Source of the DNA: Rebecca billardiae RCC1528
Taxonomy: Eukaryota > Protista > Haptophyta
DNA length: 64,000 nt
Assembly: GCA_965240325.2 (NCBI GenBank)
Contig: OZ251226.1
Location: 1-64,000, forward strand
Direction: 5' to 3'
Position 1 is the first letter of the stretch, and every line of letters starts with the position of its first letter. The notes beneath the pieces are model-generated. The model ran no database searches and was not told the DNA's origin. It saw nothing but the letters and a program-made list of their open reading frames with translations. Below, piece after piece: positions 24,058 through 36,935 of the stretch. Made by a program: the position numbers and the translations under genes.

Positions 24058-24933
24058 ATGGCCCACCCCCCGCCCGCCGCGCGCCGAGAACGACGCGCTC
24101 GCGCGCTGCTCGCGGCGGCGGCGCTGCTCGCGGCGGCGCCGCTGGACGCGCTGCGCGACAAGGTCTTCTGCCTCGGCCCGGGCAAGACCGGCACCTCCTC
24201 GCTCGAGCGCATCTTCCGCGTGCGCGGGTACACGCCGTGCCACGGCGCGTGCTCGGGCATGGCCAACTGGGCGACGGCGACGAAGAAGCACGACAGGGCG
24301 CTGCTCGCGAAGAACGACGCGTTCATGGACCACGGCACGCAGGCGGACTTTGAGTGGCTCGCCGGCGCGTACCCCCGCGCGCGCTTCCTCCTCAACACGC
24401 GCGCGCTGCACACGTGGCTCGTCTCGAAGAGCGACCACGTCGGCCGCAAGCGCGAGCAGGCGGGGTGCGCGTTCGTCGGCACGGCGGCGAGCTGCCCCGC
24501 CGCGGGCACGGGCGGGCAGAACTCGAACGGCACGCTCGCCGAGTGGGTCCTCAGCGCCGCGCGCTCGCAGGAGCGCGCCCTCGCCTTCTTCAACCGCAGC
24601 GCCGCGCTGCGCAACCGGTTTGCGGCGATGGACGTCGAGGGCTGGGCGGACGCGGACGTGAACCGCGCGATCGACTGGCTCACGCGCGGCAGCCCGGAGG
24701 CGGCGCGGCACAGCGTGCGCCGGCTCGTGCTCTCGCCCGCCGACGTGCCGCTCCAGCGCCACGCGCACTCCGAGGTGCCCGACGCGAACACGCACACGCA
24801 CCCGCGGCAGACGGCCGCGCGCGTGGCCGAGCTGCTCGCGCGCCTCGGCTGCGCCGGCGCGCCCGGCCGCAGCATCTTCTACAGCGAGTGCGCGCGGCGC
24901 GCGGCGAAGCACGTCGCCGAGGTGGGCGACTGA
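24058..24933 (+). CDS. Sulfotransferase-family P-loop protein
   Basis: Signal anchor followed by KVFCLGPGKTGTSSL (5'-PSB-like loop) and YPRARFLLNTR...WLVS (3'-PB-like); single exon. Confidence 0.75.
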   Translation: MAHPPPAARRERRARALLAAAALLAAAPLDALRDKVFCLGPGKTGTSSLERIFRVRGYTPCHGACSGMANWATATKKHDRALLAKNDAFMDHGTQADFEWLAGAYPRARFLLNTRALHTWLVSKSDHVGRKREQAGCAFVGTAASCPAAGTGGQNSNGTLAEWVLSAARSQERALAFFNRSAALRNRFAAMDVEGWADADVNRAIDWLTRGSPEAARHSVRRLVLSPADVPLQRHAHSEVPDANTHTHPRQTAARVAELLARLGCAGAPGRSIFYSECARRAAKHVAEVGD

Positions 24934-25522
24934 GGCGGACGCCGCGCGCGCGGGAGGAGGCGCCCGACGATCCGTGACGGTCGGGGCGCGTCGCTGCCGC
25001 CGCGCGTCAGACAGTGCAGCGCGCTGCGCGCTGACGAGTGGTCGTGGCGGCGAGCTTTGCTCACTACTGCTCAGCTGACGGGCTCTGACGCGCGACGGAT
25101 GCATCATATCGCGTCGTCGTATATGTAGTCAGCGCGCATGTGACGAGCAGCAACGGTGTACATGCGGAGCAGTCGTATCACTCATATGATGCAGCGCCGC
25201 TGAGTCCGGAGTCGGCGGACTGAATCAGACGACGAATGTAGCAGTAGCAGTATAAACTCGTCATGCGCCATGATTATCACTGATCCACTGACAGTGCGGT
25301 GCTGATGCTGCCGATGCCGACGATCGCGCGATATATCGGCGACGGCACGGACCTGCGTCGCGATACGAGTCTCTCGGTCGGTCCCACACCCTTGCGGAGC
25401 CCTGGACGGCGGCTCACCGGACGACGAGCGGACTCGGCCGCCAGCCATCGTCATCCGTCGCCACGGCCGCACGGCGACGCGCGCGCGCGCGCCCTGTGCC
25501 GCGCCGCGCTCAGCAGCAGGGC

Positions 25523-28500
25523 TCAGGCGTTGCACCGCGGCCGCGGCTCCGCGCCCGCCGCCGCCGCCTCGTCCGAATCGTCGCCGGCCGGCGCGTGCGC
25601 GGCTTGGCGCACGCGGACGCTGCGCATGTCCACGAGCTGGAAGGCCGCGCCGGCCGACGCGGCCCCGGACGACGCGGGGCTCGGCGCGGGCTCGCCCTCG
25701 TCCGCCAGGCTCTCGACGGTGGAGCGCGGCGTGTGCCGCACGCTCGCCCGCTCGACGGGTCCAATGTACGCGCGCACGGTGCTGTTGAAGCCGCCCACGG
25801 TCGCGAGCTCGGCCGCGAGCTTGGCGCGGTCGCGCACGGTGCTGGGCGGCGCGCTGCCCACGGCGAACATCACGTGGAAGGCTGCGTGCGCGGAGGAGGG
25901 GTGGGCGGGGGGCCACGGGCGGCGCGCGTGAGCGTGCGCGTCGCGCGAGCGCGCTCGGCGCGCGTCGCGCTTGCCGCGTGCCGCGCGCGCGCGCGTGCGC
26001 CCTCACCCTCGAGCGCGCCCACAAGCTCCCTGCGCGCGCGCGCGCTCGGCTGCGTGAGCTCGACCTCGACGTCGGCGAGCTGGCCGCCCGTGGCGAGCCA
26101 CGTGTGCAGCTGCAGCACGCACGTGAGGCAGTCGGGCGTGCGCGCCGAGCACACGAGCAGCAGCGAGCGGCAGCGCGCCATGTAGGCGGGCACGTGCTCG
26201 AGCAGCTCCCTCGGCGTGAGCGACACGTCCGCGCACGCGACGTCCAGCCACACGCGCGGCGCCACCCCGCGCGCGGCCTCGAAGCGCTCGGCCCAGCGGC
26301 CGATCGCGGCGGCGCGCGCGGCGGCGCCGTCGTCGGCGCAGTGCACGCAGAACGCGTCGGCGGGCTGCGCGTCGGCGGGCGCGCGCTGCGCCGCGGGCTG
26401 CGTGGAGAAGGGGCGGCGCGGCAGCGGCGGCCGCGAGCGCCGCGCCGCGCGCCTGCCGCCGTCCGCGCTCGGCGCGGTCTGCGCGCTCGACGCGTGGCTC
26501 GAGGTGAAGGAGCCGTGGCCCGCGCCCGCGGGCACGATCGACGAGCGCTTCGAGCTCTCCGACGCCGCGGCGGAGGCGGAGGCGAACGAGCCGAGCGAGG
26601 CGAGCGAGGCGAGCGAGGTGAGCGAGGCGAGCGAGGGCGTGCGCACTGCGGACGCAGCCCACGTGGAGCGCACCGCGCCACCGCCACCGCCACCGCCGCC
26701 CGCGCCGCCGCCCGCGCCAGCCTTGGCGCACGCGCCACCCGACGCGCCGACGGCCTCGGCCGGCGCGACGGCGGCGCGGCTGCGGCCGGCGCGCGGCGGG
26801 CGCGGCGGCGCGTGCGCGCCGTCGGCGGCGCGCCACTCCGCCGCGTCCAGCCCCGCCGCCGCGCCGAGCGTGGGGCGCAGCCAGAACTCGAGCGACGCGC
26901 GCGCCGGCCCGTCCAGCGGCAGCGGCGCAAACGCGCCCAGCGCCTCGCGCGCCAGCGCGACGGCGTCGCGCTCGTCGTGCTGCGCGCAGCCGAAGCCGAG
27001 GAGCGGCGCGATCGAGGCGAGCGTGCCGTGCGTCGAGAGCGCGCGCGAGATGCGCGCGCGCAGCTGCAGCCGCAGCCGCGCCGAGAGCTGCACGCGCGCG
27101 GTGCAAAGCATCTGCGCGATCAGCAGCGCGCGCACCACCGAGAACCACGGCCGCACGCGCACCGCGGCCTGGCACTCGACGCACCACATGCGCGCGAGGC
27201 CGAAGAGGGCGAGGTCGAAGGCGAGGTACGTGGCGATGAACGAGGCGGAGAGCAGGTTGAACAGGCCGAGGAAGCTCCACAGCGCACCGTGCACGCGCGC
27301 CAGCCCTCGGCTGCCCGCGCGCGCCGTCAGCCCCACCGCCGCGATCGGCAGCAGCGGCAGCAGCATGTACGACACGAAGATGGACAGCACGAGCCACATC
27401 CGGCGGAAGCGGCCGAGCTCGGGGTGCTCGGGGATGTGCGCGGCGGTGAACGCGTCGGCGTAGGGCCGCGCCGTGAGCGTCCGGCCCAGCAGGCCGAGCA
27501 GGTACGTCCCCGGCAGCAGCGCGTTGGTGAGCACGAGCTGCGCGGCCGGGAAGAGCAGCGCCACCGTGCGCAGCCGCACCGCGTGCGCGCGCACGGGCCG
27601 GAGCGAGAGCGCGAGGCAGCTCAGCGCGAGGCCGTACCCCAGCGGGTAGAGCATCACGTCGCCCAGCGTCACGCGCACGTCGTGCGGCAGGAACGCGAGC
27701 GCCGGCGTGTACGCGAGCGCGAAGACGAGCAGCGCCACCAGCCCCGTGCACTGCGCGCTCACGATCAGCAGCCGAGAGCCGCGCGCCGTCTGCGCCGCGC
27801 ACGCACACGCCGCACGCACGAGAGGCGGCGGAGGGGAGGGCGGGGGGCGCGCTCAGCCAGAGGCGCGGACGGCGCGCGCGGGCGGGCGTCGCGCGCGCGC
27901 GGCGCTCACGTGCCGCCGCGCCTCGTCCGACGCCTTCTGCAGCATCGACGCGATCTCGGCGGGCTCGAGCGGCACGCCGCGCAGCGCCCCGCTGGCGGCG
28001 TCGGGCAGCACGCAGCGCCCCCACGCGCCCGCGACCTCGGCGCGCGCGGCGGAGGGCGCGGCGGCGTCCGGCATCACGTGCGGGGAGCGGCGCGCGCCGT
28101 CCGCGGCCGGCGGCTCCGCCGCGCTCGCGGCGCGCGCGCCGCCGCCCGAGCGCGACGAGCGGGACGACTCCTCGAGCGCCTTGCGCCGCAGCGACGCGTC
28201 GGCGAGCAGGCTGCTGCCGCGCACGGTGCCGCCCACGGCGCGCGGCAGCGACGTGTGCGCGTTGCGCATGCGCCACAGCCCCATGCGCCCGCCGGCGCCG
28301 CCGGCCGCGCCGCCGCCGCCGCCGCCGCCGGCCGCGCCCGCCACGCCGCCCGCGTCCGCCGCGTCCGCGTCGGCCGCGCCGGCGGCGCCGCCGCCGCTCG
28401 CGTGGTGCTGCGCGGTGCGCAGCGCGGCCTCGTGGTAGGCGTGGCGCAGCAGCGCGAGCACGGGCGCGAGGCCGACCGCGTGGCCGCGCTCGAGCAGCAG

Positions 28501-29865
28501 GCGGTGCGCGGCGGGCGCGCCCTCGTCGCGCTGCGGCGCGGTCGCGAACGCGTGCTGCGCGCTCGGCAGCGCGGCCATCAGCGCCAGCACGGCGCTGGGC
28601 CGCACGTGGCCGCTCAGCGCGTCGGTGATCTCGGCGGGGAGCGAGGGCGCGGGCGCGGCGCCGTCGTCGGCGCGGCAGAAGGTGGCGCAGAACCACTCGC
28701 GCGTGCACCGCTCCGGCAGCCGCCCCGGCTGCGCCAGCCGCTCCCACAGCGCCTGCAGCCCGCGCCACTGCGCGTCGGCCAGGTAGCCGAGCAGCGCGGA
28801 GCCCGAGCGGTGCGCAAACGAGCGCGTGAGCTGCATCGGCAGCAGCGGCACGGCGTCGCGCGAGACGACGGACATGGGCACGCCCTTGGCGAAGCAGAAG
28901 CCGTACACCGCCTCCGCCGCGCCCATGTCCAGCCCTGCGCCCGCCACGGCACCAGCGGCGCAGCGGCGCAGCGGCGCGCGGGGGAGAAGGCGCACGCGCA
29001 CGCAACCTCAGCACGCAACCTCAGTCGGCCCCGCGCGCGCGCGCGCGCGCGCGCGCGGCGGCGGCGGCGGCGGCGGCGGGGCGCGGCGCGCGCGCGCGCA
29101 CAGTTGTTGACCGCGCTGTCCGGCACCCACGCCGAGCCGCCCACGCCCGGCCGCTGCCCCTGCGCGCGCGCCAGCCCGCCCACCAGCGCGAGCGAGTGCG
29201 TGCGCGCCAGCAGCAGCGCCGGGCAGCGCTCGACCAGCGCCGCGACGTCGGCCATGGAGGAGAGGAGGACGAGGCGGCAGGCCTTGTGCCCGCAGCGCCG
29301 CAGCGAGCGCTCGAGCAGCGCCTGCCCGTCCTCGTGCAGCCGCGCGTCGTCCACCCGCTCCAGCCCCGGCAGCGCGTACTCGTACGGCGCGGGCGCGTGC
29401 ACGTCCAGCCCGGCGCTGCCCACGCCCACCGGCACGTCCAGCACGCCCACGTGGTCGAGGAGGCAGCGGGCGAGGCGCGCGCGCTCGCGCGCCTGCTGCC
29501 CGCCGTTGGTCACCACGGCGCGCAGCCGCACGTGCCGCTGCGCGTGCAGCACCGCCGCGATCAGGATGGCTGCGGCCGGGCGCGCGGGCGCGCGGGCGGG
29601 CGGGCACGCCGCGCGCGCGGCGGCGGGAAGGGGGCGCGCGGGCTCAGCCCGAGCTCGCGGGGCGGACGGCGGCGCGCGCGCGCGCGCGCGAGGCGCGGGG
29701 CGCGGGGCTGCACGCGCTCGCGCCGGCGCCGGCAGAGCGCCGCGCGCGGCGGGCGCCCCGCGCGCGCGCCGCGGCGCCGCAGCGCGCACCCTTGGCGCTA
29801 TCCGGGTCTGGGCCGGGGCTGGCGACGATGATGAGGTCGGTGCGCGCGGGCAGGCGGTGGAACAT
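25523..29865 (-). CDS. Fusion protein: nucleoside-hydrolase-like domain, multi-TM block and TIR-like domain (5 exons)
   Basis: Phase-compatible GT-AG introns join DLIIVASPGPDPDSAK/AILI...LRAVVTNGG...VPVGVG...NN/WLDMGAAEAVY (IU-NH fold), several TM helices, and DAFCVH...PRVWLDVAC...PAYMARCRSLLLV...TPDCLTCVLQL...GGFNSTVR. Confidence 0.7.
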
Positions 29866-31136
29866 GGCGCACGTGCCGTGGCTCGCCGCCCAACCGGTCG
29901 CTGTCCAGCGCGGTGCCCCTCGTTCGCACGCGCTTCGGCGCGGCCGTGCGTGCGCGTGAGAGCCCCCCGCCCAAGCGCAAAGTGCCAAAGTACTCCACGT
30001 CGGTGGGTGCACCGAAGGCTTGGCAATCATCTTGGTGCGTTGCGTTGCAGGGATATCCTCGATGGAACGACTCATCAGAAGAACCCCCAACTGCCGCCCC
30101 AAACCCCAGCAACGAACTACTACTAAACTTTAAAGGGAGGCAGGGAGCTGTGTATCTCCCTCCCGGTCGACCTGCGCTCCGGGCCAAGCGGCCCTAAAAT
30201 AGCGTCAGCCACCAACCTTCAACGAAGGCCCGGGCTTGAACCGCCAACTGCCGAATGGCTTTAGCCAATCAGAGCAAAGCAATCGGGCCGACGGCGAAAC
30301 GATTGAAGATAGGCGGCTCTCGCTTGAGAACTTGATCAGAATGATCGGGGGCAATCTGCCAGCAATCTCCCCTGGCCTGGCACCCGGGGCCGGTGCCTGT
30401 CAAGGTGCGGGCGCCCGGCCAAAACTCGACCGGCCCGCGCCTGTACCGCGCGCGCATGTCGCACCGGCGGCAAGCACTGAGCGGGTCGACCGCAGGCCAC
30501 CGGCGTACCGTGATAGAGTCCGACACAGCCGACCACAGTCCCTGCCGGGCCCAGCGGGCCCGCCGGGCCTCGGCGGCGAAGTCAGCTGCGGACTGGCAGC
30601 GCCCGGCGGTGCCGTCGGCTGCGCGGGGCCGCGGTCCGGCGGGGAGCCGCAAGGAAGCCCTCTGCCTCGGATTGGGGCGCGGGGCTCGGGCTGCTTACTG
30701 GAGCAGTGCATCCCAGGCCGGGAGACTCGGGAGACTGGCGGCGTGCAGCAGCCCGCCGGGAGCGCGCGCTCGCGCCGCGGTGCGGTCCGCCGCCGCGTAC
30801 GGCGTAGCTGACGCGTCGTCCGCGGGCTGTGACACGGCTCGGCAAGCGGCATGGCGCGCCGCGGACAGAATGGGGCATGCACGGTCATCTGATGCTCGCC
30901 AATGCTCACATGCGAGGGGTGCGCTGCCCTTCCAGGCCCGTGGGGGCGGCTGCGCACGCGCGCGAGCAAGGCTGCCCCGCCGTCCTGGCCGTGGGGCAGC
31001 CGTCCATCGCTCCCGCCTCCGCGCCTAACCGGACGGGAGGAATCCGGCGCCCGGACCCGGGCGGCGGCGGCAGGAGGGCTGACGCGCGTCGACTTCCTCG
31101 CTGGCCAACGTCAACGCCCTTTGGCGCCCTCCCGCC

Positions 31137-32659
31137 ATGGCCCGCGGCGCGCGCGCGGTGCTCGCGGCGGCGCTGTGCGCGCTGTGCGGCGGCGTGGCCA
31201 GCCCGCCGCCGCCCTCGCCCAGCCCGCCGCCGCCCTCGCCCAGCCCGCCGCCCGGCCCCTCGCCCGAGTGCGGCAACATCTTCGACCTCGAGTGGGTGAT
31301 CCAGAACAGCACGCCCTGGCACGACTTTGCGGGCTGCGAGCACGAGGACCGCGCGGAGTGCGAGGTGAACGAGCGGCTCGCCGTCGGCTGCGCCTGCTTC
31401 TGCGAGCGCTGCCACGCCACGGCGTGCGAGGCCTTCCAGAACCTCACCGACACGACCGAGCGGCCGCCGCCGTCCGCGGACGCTCCGCCGCACGCCTCTG
31501 ACCACGCGGGCGCGGCCGCCGACGCGGCGCGCGGCGGCGGCGCGGGCGCCGATGCGGAGAGCGCGCCAGCCGCACACCCCGGCGCCGACGCCGCCGGCGC
31601 CGCTGCGGACGCCGACGGCGCGGGCGCCGATCCGCACGGCGCAGCCGACGCCACCGCCGACGCCGACGCTGAGAGCGGCGGTGCGGACGGCGTGGGCGGA
31701 GACGCCGCTGCCAGCCATGGCGCGCCTTCCGACGCCGATCCCTCCTCGGCCCACCCGGCCGACCCGCAAGCCGACGCCGACGCCGCTGGCACCGACAACT
31801 CACACAGCGCCGACGCCGCCGACGCCGCCGACGTCGCTGGCACCGCCGACGCTGATGGCGCGCGGGCGGCCGGCGCCGCTCCCGCCGACGCCGACGCCGA
31901 CGCTGACGCCGACAGCGCGGATGGCGCGGACGCGACGGGCGCCGCGCCCGCTGACGCCGACGCCGCTGGCACCGCCGACGCCGACAGCGCTGATGACGCT
32001 GGCACCGACGCCGCTGGCAGCGCGCGCGGGGGCAGCGCCGACGCCGGCAGCGGCGCGCGCGGCGCTGCGGATGGCGGCGGTGTGGATGACGCCGACGGCG
32101 ACTTCTTCGGCGCGGGCGCCGACAGTGCCGCCGATGCGCGCGCCGACGATGCGGCGGACAGCGCGCGCGAGGCCGCGCCTGACGAGGCAGCAGGCCGCGC
32201 GCCGCCGCCGGGCGCCGCGCCGCGCGAGCCAGCGGGCGGCGCGGGCGGCGGCGCGGGCGGCGGCGCGCGCGCGGGCGCGGGCACGGGCGCGGGTGCGGGA
32301 TCGCCGGCGCCCCACGGCACGGCCGGCGGCGGGGGCACGCCGCACCCCGGCGGGCACGCGCCCTCGGCCCGGGAGCCCGCGCGCGGCGGCGCGGGAGGCG
32401 CGCACCACGCGCCAGCCGCGGGCGCTGGCAGCGGGCGCGACTACTACGCAGCGGACGTGGCGGGCGCGGGCGGCGTGGCGCTGCAGCAGCCGCGGCTCGC
32501 GCAGGCGCTGCCCGAGGCGGCGACCGCGGGCGCGGTGCTGCTCACCCTCGTGCTCGTCGGCGCGATCGCCGTGCGCGCGCGCTCGCGGCTGCACCCCGCC
32601 CCCTCCGCGCCCGGCGCGCTGCCCTTCCCGCGCAAGCCGCGCGCCGCCTCCGCGCACAC

Positions 32660-32690
<31 letters not shown>

Positions 32691-33173
32691 TTTGGCAATG
32701 CGGAGGAGGCGGGGCGCTGGCGCGGCACGGCGGGGGCGCGAGCCGACGGCCGCGCGGACGGCGACCTCGGCGCGGGCGAGGACGGCGAGCTCGACGGAGA
32801 CCTCGAGATGGCGACCCTGCGCACCGCGCGCGCCGTGCGGCACAGCGGCGGCGGCGGCGGCGGCGCCGACGACGTCTGGGCGGCCGGCGGGTGCGCGGGG
32901 CGGCCACCCGTGCGCGCGAGCGTGGCGGGGGGCGCGTTCGAGCCGCGCGGCGCGCGCCGCTCGGCGGGCGCGGCCGGCGCGGACGCCGACGGCTTTGGGT
33001 GCGGCGGCCGCGGAGACGAGTGGGCGCAGCGCGCGGCGCGCGGCGGCGGCGGCTTTGCCGCGGACGGCCGGCCGCGCTTTGGCGGCGGCGAGGGCGGCGC
33101 GCGCGGCGTGGGCGGGCGGTACGGCGCGCTGCCGACGCGCGAGGCGGAGGAGGAGGAGGACGAGATGCTCTGA
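31137..33173 (+). CDS. Type I membrane protein with Pro-rich, Cys-rich and very acidic Asp/Ala-repeat ectodomain
   Basis: 678-aa single-exon ORF; signal peptide; (SPPPP)n; small Cys-rich module; ADADA repeats; TM AVLLTLVLVGAIAV; Gly-rich tail. Confidence 0.8.
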
Positions 33174-33505
33174 GCACGCGCTCTGATCGCGCCGTGGAGC
33201 CGGCCGCAGGCGCAGCGCCCCACGCCCGTCGGCCCGTGCACGCCAACGTGACGGTCTGCTCCGGGCGACCTCGAACCGCCTCATCAAATTCATCTGCTGA
33301 CTTCCCTCGTGACATCGTACACGGTGTCGTCGTTGCGCGCCGCGCTGTCGGCGTCACCATCGTGACGACATCGTCACGCTCACGCCAGTGTCAGTCGGCA
33401 GTGATCGTGATCGTCGCGTCGTCTATTATATATACTGACGAGATCGATACGGATCGTCGGTACTACGTATATATCGCGCGGTAGTCCGACCTATAATCTA
33501 TATAG

Positions 33506-35442
33506 TAGCCTGGTCCAAACGCACTGGAGCACTTTCGGGGATTTTATCGCCAAATGAACGCGGGCCCCTAGGCACGCGCTCACACCCGGAAACAGCGTAA
33601 CAAATGGGCCCAGCCCGGGCGCAGCAAAAGTTTCGGCCTAAAAATCGCATCCGTGGCCCGTCGTGAGCGTGCGCGCGCGCGCCGCGGACAACTACGGACA
33701 CATAGAGAATCGTCAGCCCGAATGTGGGTAAGTACTTAGCCTAAATGAGCCCAAACGCACGAACTTACTTATTGGCGTACGTCGAGGCGAGCATGAACCC
33801 TGGTACAGGCCATTAGGATGGGCTGTGGTCTGTGCGCAAGTGGCCGTACTCAACTACTGCAAGATCGACTATATTACCCATTTATACCCGCATATTATGG
33901 GCAATGTACCCGCATACGTATGAGTTCTGGACCTGTATAATTGAAATACCACTATGTCGTTACATATTCGCCATAGGTGGGTAGCTGTCCCAGGCTGCAC
34001 GATTAGTGCGGCGCTCGGGGTGCAGTGGTCGGACGAGGCTCCGCCTGGCCTTCCGCGCACTCCTGCAGACAAGAAGAGGGCCGGACTCCCACCCGGCCAG
34101 GCGTGCGGCAGTCGGTCAGGTGCTGGACCTGGTCTGGAGACCATCTCCTGCGTGGCAACTGGCCGATCTGCGGCACAACGCGCGCCGCCGTGAGCCACAC
34201 GGCAGGTTCGCAATGGATCCGGATCGCGTGTCCATGGCGGCGTGCATCGAGTATTTCAAGCTGTCAAGTCGCGTGCCACGCCCGCCCTTTCACTTGGGGC
34301 ATCAGTACTGCCTACAACGACGACATGTGCGTCCTTAGATGAGGCATAATCGCGATTCTAGCTGCCCGTCCAAGGGTCAGATCGCACGTCTTTGCTCGCC
34401 CGACAGCCTCAACGGCGGACTGATGTGATCCGCGGGTGACGATGCGACCGCTTCGAGTGCGCCTACGGCCACCACCGGGGTGGGGATCGTTCATGGGCAC
34501 CCTCTGCGTGCCATGACATGCTCTGGCCTTGCGTGGTGACTTGGCCCACCGCGCGTAAACGGGAAAGACACCCGAGCACGTGCTTCCGAGCCACCCGAAT
34601 GGCACAATGTGCCACCCATGGACACCAAACACGTGCCAGAGCGCGAGCCTTGCGTGCTGGAGTAGCCGCACGACACCAAGGAAGACGTATGAGCGCTCTC
34701 AACCATCTTCAAGCGACGACTCCGTCGACTCTGCCTCGCAGACCGCGGTACGATCCTCGACCTTGTGCTCGCAGCAAAGGCCATGACGGTAAAGCAGCAC
34801 CCAGGCGATGGGAGTCAGCCGGCAGCCACTACACTGCGACTGTACACACCCAGCCCCGCAAGGCGAGCCATCCTGCTCGCCACCAGCCCGTCATACAGCT
34901 CCACGAGGAGCACAAATCGACAGCCGCCGCTCAGGACGACCCATGCGCAAACGTGACGGGACTGGCCGGATGAAGCGTTGGCGATGCGCAGCGCGCCCAA
35001 CGCTGGTGGTGGCATCGAGTACATGCTAGGGGTAGGCGGTGGCCCACACGAGCCGTCGCGTGGCCCGCATATTACCCGAGGTGGCCCGTCTCGAAGGCGC
35101 CGCGCAACCCAGCAGGTGAGCGTTCGACGCGCGCCGTCAGGCGAGAAGTCGACCTGGCGACGGACCGCGGGCGGCGGAAGCAACGCAGACATGTCGCTCA
35201 AGGTGTGCACGCACACCACCGGGGCACCCGAACGATGTGTCCAGCACTACACCTGACATGAGCGGCGCAGTCGTCCAGTCGAGGCTCTCGAGCCCCTTCC
35301 CGACCTTCGTCGCGGCGAGCCGTCGGACGGCCGGTGGCGATTTTTGACGAGCGCGACGAGCGACCGGAAAAATCGGGAGAAATCAGGCGCCCAAAATCCG
35401 AAAAGGCTTTTTCACTGGCGAAAATCGGGATGGACCAGGCTA
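33506..35442. mobile_element. Non-autonomous or decayed TIR DNA transposon with TAG...CTA termini
   Basis: 12-bp TIR TAGCCTGGTCCA (33506-33517) / TGGACCAGGCTA (35431-35442); flanking direct repeat TATATAG; lower GC; no recognisable transposase. Confidence 0.7.
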
Positions 35443-35747
35443 TATATAGACTATACAGGCGGTGTCTGCCGCGTGTAATCAGCTCGGTAGGGTACGGCAG
35501 TAGACGGCAGGCCCGGCGCGGCGCGCGGACGGACGACCACGTAAGCCGGGGCACTGAAGACCGCCTGATGGAGGGAGCCCTGGTGCTCAGCCGCTCAGCC
35601 AGTACAGACAGTAGTCAGCTCGCGTCACCATTGATCAATCACGTGAGCCGTGCGGCGTGCCCGCCGCAGGCCGGACTCGGACTCGAGCGCGGCGGCCGGG
35701 TCACGCTGGAGCGGTGTCGTGCCGACGGCGGCGGCGCCGCCCCGCGA

Positions 35748-36900
35748 TCAGCCCGGCGCGCCCCACGCCGCCGACGGCGCGCTGCCCGTGCGGAGTATCG
35801 GCTCGTCGTCCGTCGTCTCCTCGTCCTCGAGCGAGTCGTCAGGCAGCGAGTGTGCGCCCGCGCCGCCCTCGCTGAGCAGCTCCGAGTCGGACTCGTCCTC
35901 GGGCGGAGGCGCGAGCGTGCCGAGGTGCTCGTGCAGGAAGGCGGCGAGCCGCGCCCACGCGTACCCCTTGGCGAGCTCCTCGCACCCGTCGGGCAGCAGC
36001 GCGAAGCAGCCCGCGCACCCGCCGCCGCCGCCGCGCAGCGCGCCCTGCGCCGCGCCGTGCGCCGCGCCCCCGCGCCCGCCCCGCCCGCCCCCCCCCAGTC
36101 CGTACACGAAGAGACGCGACGCGCCCGGCGGCGGCGGCGGGCGCGCGGCGGGGTCGGCGCCCTCGGCGAGCGCGGGCGTGAGCCCGGCCGCCGCGGCGCG
36201 CAGCACCCGCGCCGCCGCGGCGCGCGCCTCCACCTCCGCCTCCGCCCCCGCCTCCGCCGGCTCCGCGCGCGCGTCCACGAGCCCGGCCGCGTGCGCGTGC
36301 AGCTGGCACGGCAGCGGCGGCGCGGCGCCGGCCGCGCGCGCGGCCGCGTGCGCGTCGGCGAGCGCGCGCACGGCGCGCTCGGTCGCCGAGAGCGACGCCA
36401 CCGCGCCGGGCGCCTCGCTCAGCCCGAGCGCCGCCGCGCACGCCAGCGCGCCGCCGCCGCTCGCCTCGCCCAGCCCGGCGGCGCGCGCGCTCGTGCGCGC
36501 GGCGAGCGCGGCGGCGAGCGCGCCGCCCTCGCCCAGGCCGAGCACGCCCACGCGGCGCGGCCGCGGCACGCAGCCCGCGGGCAGGCGCTCGGCGGCGGTG
36601 CCCGCGGCGGGCGCGGCCTCGGGGGGCAGCGCGGCGTCCGCCGCGTCCGACGCGAGCCACGCCGCCGCGCGCCGCGCGCGCTCCACCGCCGCGTCCGCCG
36701 GGTGCCGGCCGGCGGGCGCCGCGGCCGCGGGCGCCAGCAGCAGCAGCGTGCGGTACCCGCGGCGGGCGACGCGCTCCGCAAACGAGAGCAGCGCGGCGCG
36801 CGCGCGGCCCTCGGCGGCGGAGCCCGGCTCGGGCGCGCGCGCGAGCAGCAGCACGGCGGGCAGCCCGCGCGCCGGCGCGCGCAGCGTCGCCTCGTACTCC

Positions 36901-36935
<35 letters not shown>

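Noticed and set aside
25978-30126. 1382-aa plus-strand ORF, and similar giant ORFs such as 35334-39200 and 9176-11743
   Set aside because: Antisense or off-frame shadows of real GC3-rich genes; they translate to low-complexity R/A/G sequence
30050-31050. Lower-GC intergenic stretch as a possible transposon
   Set aside because: No convincing TIR pair, TSD or coding motif found
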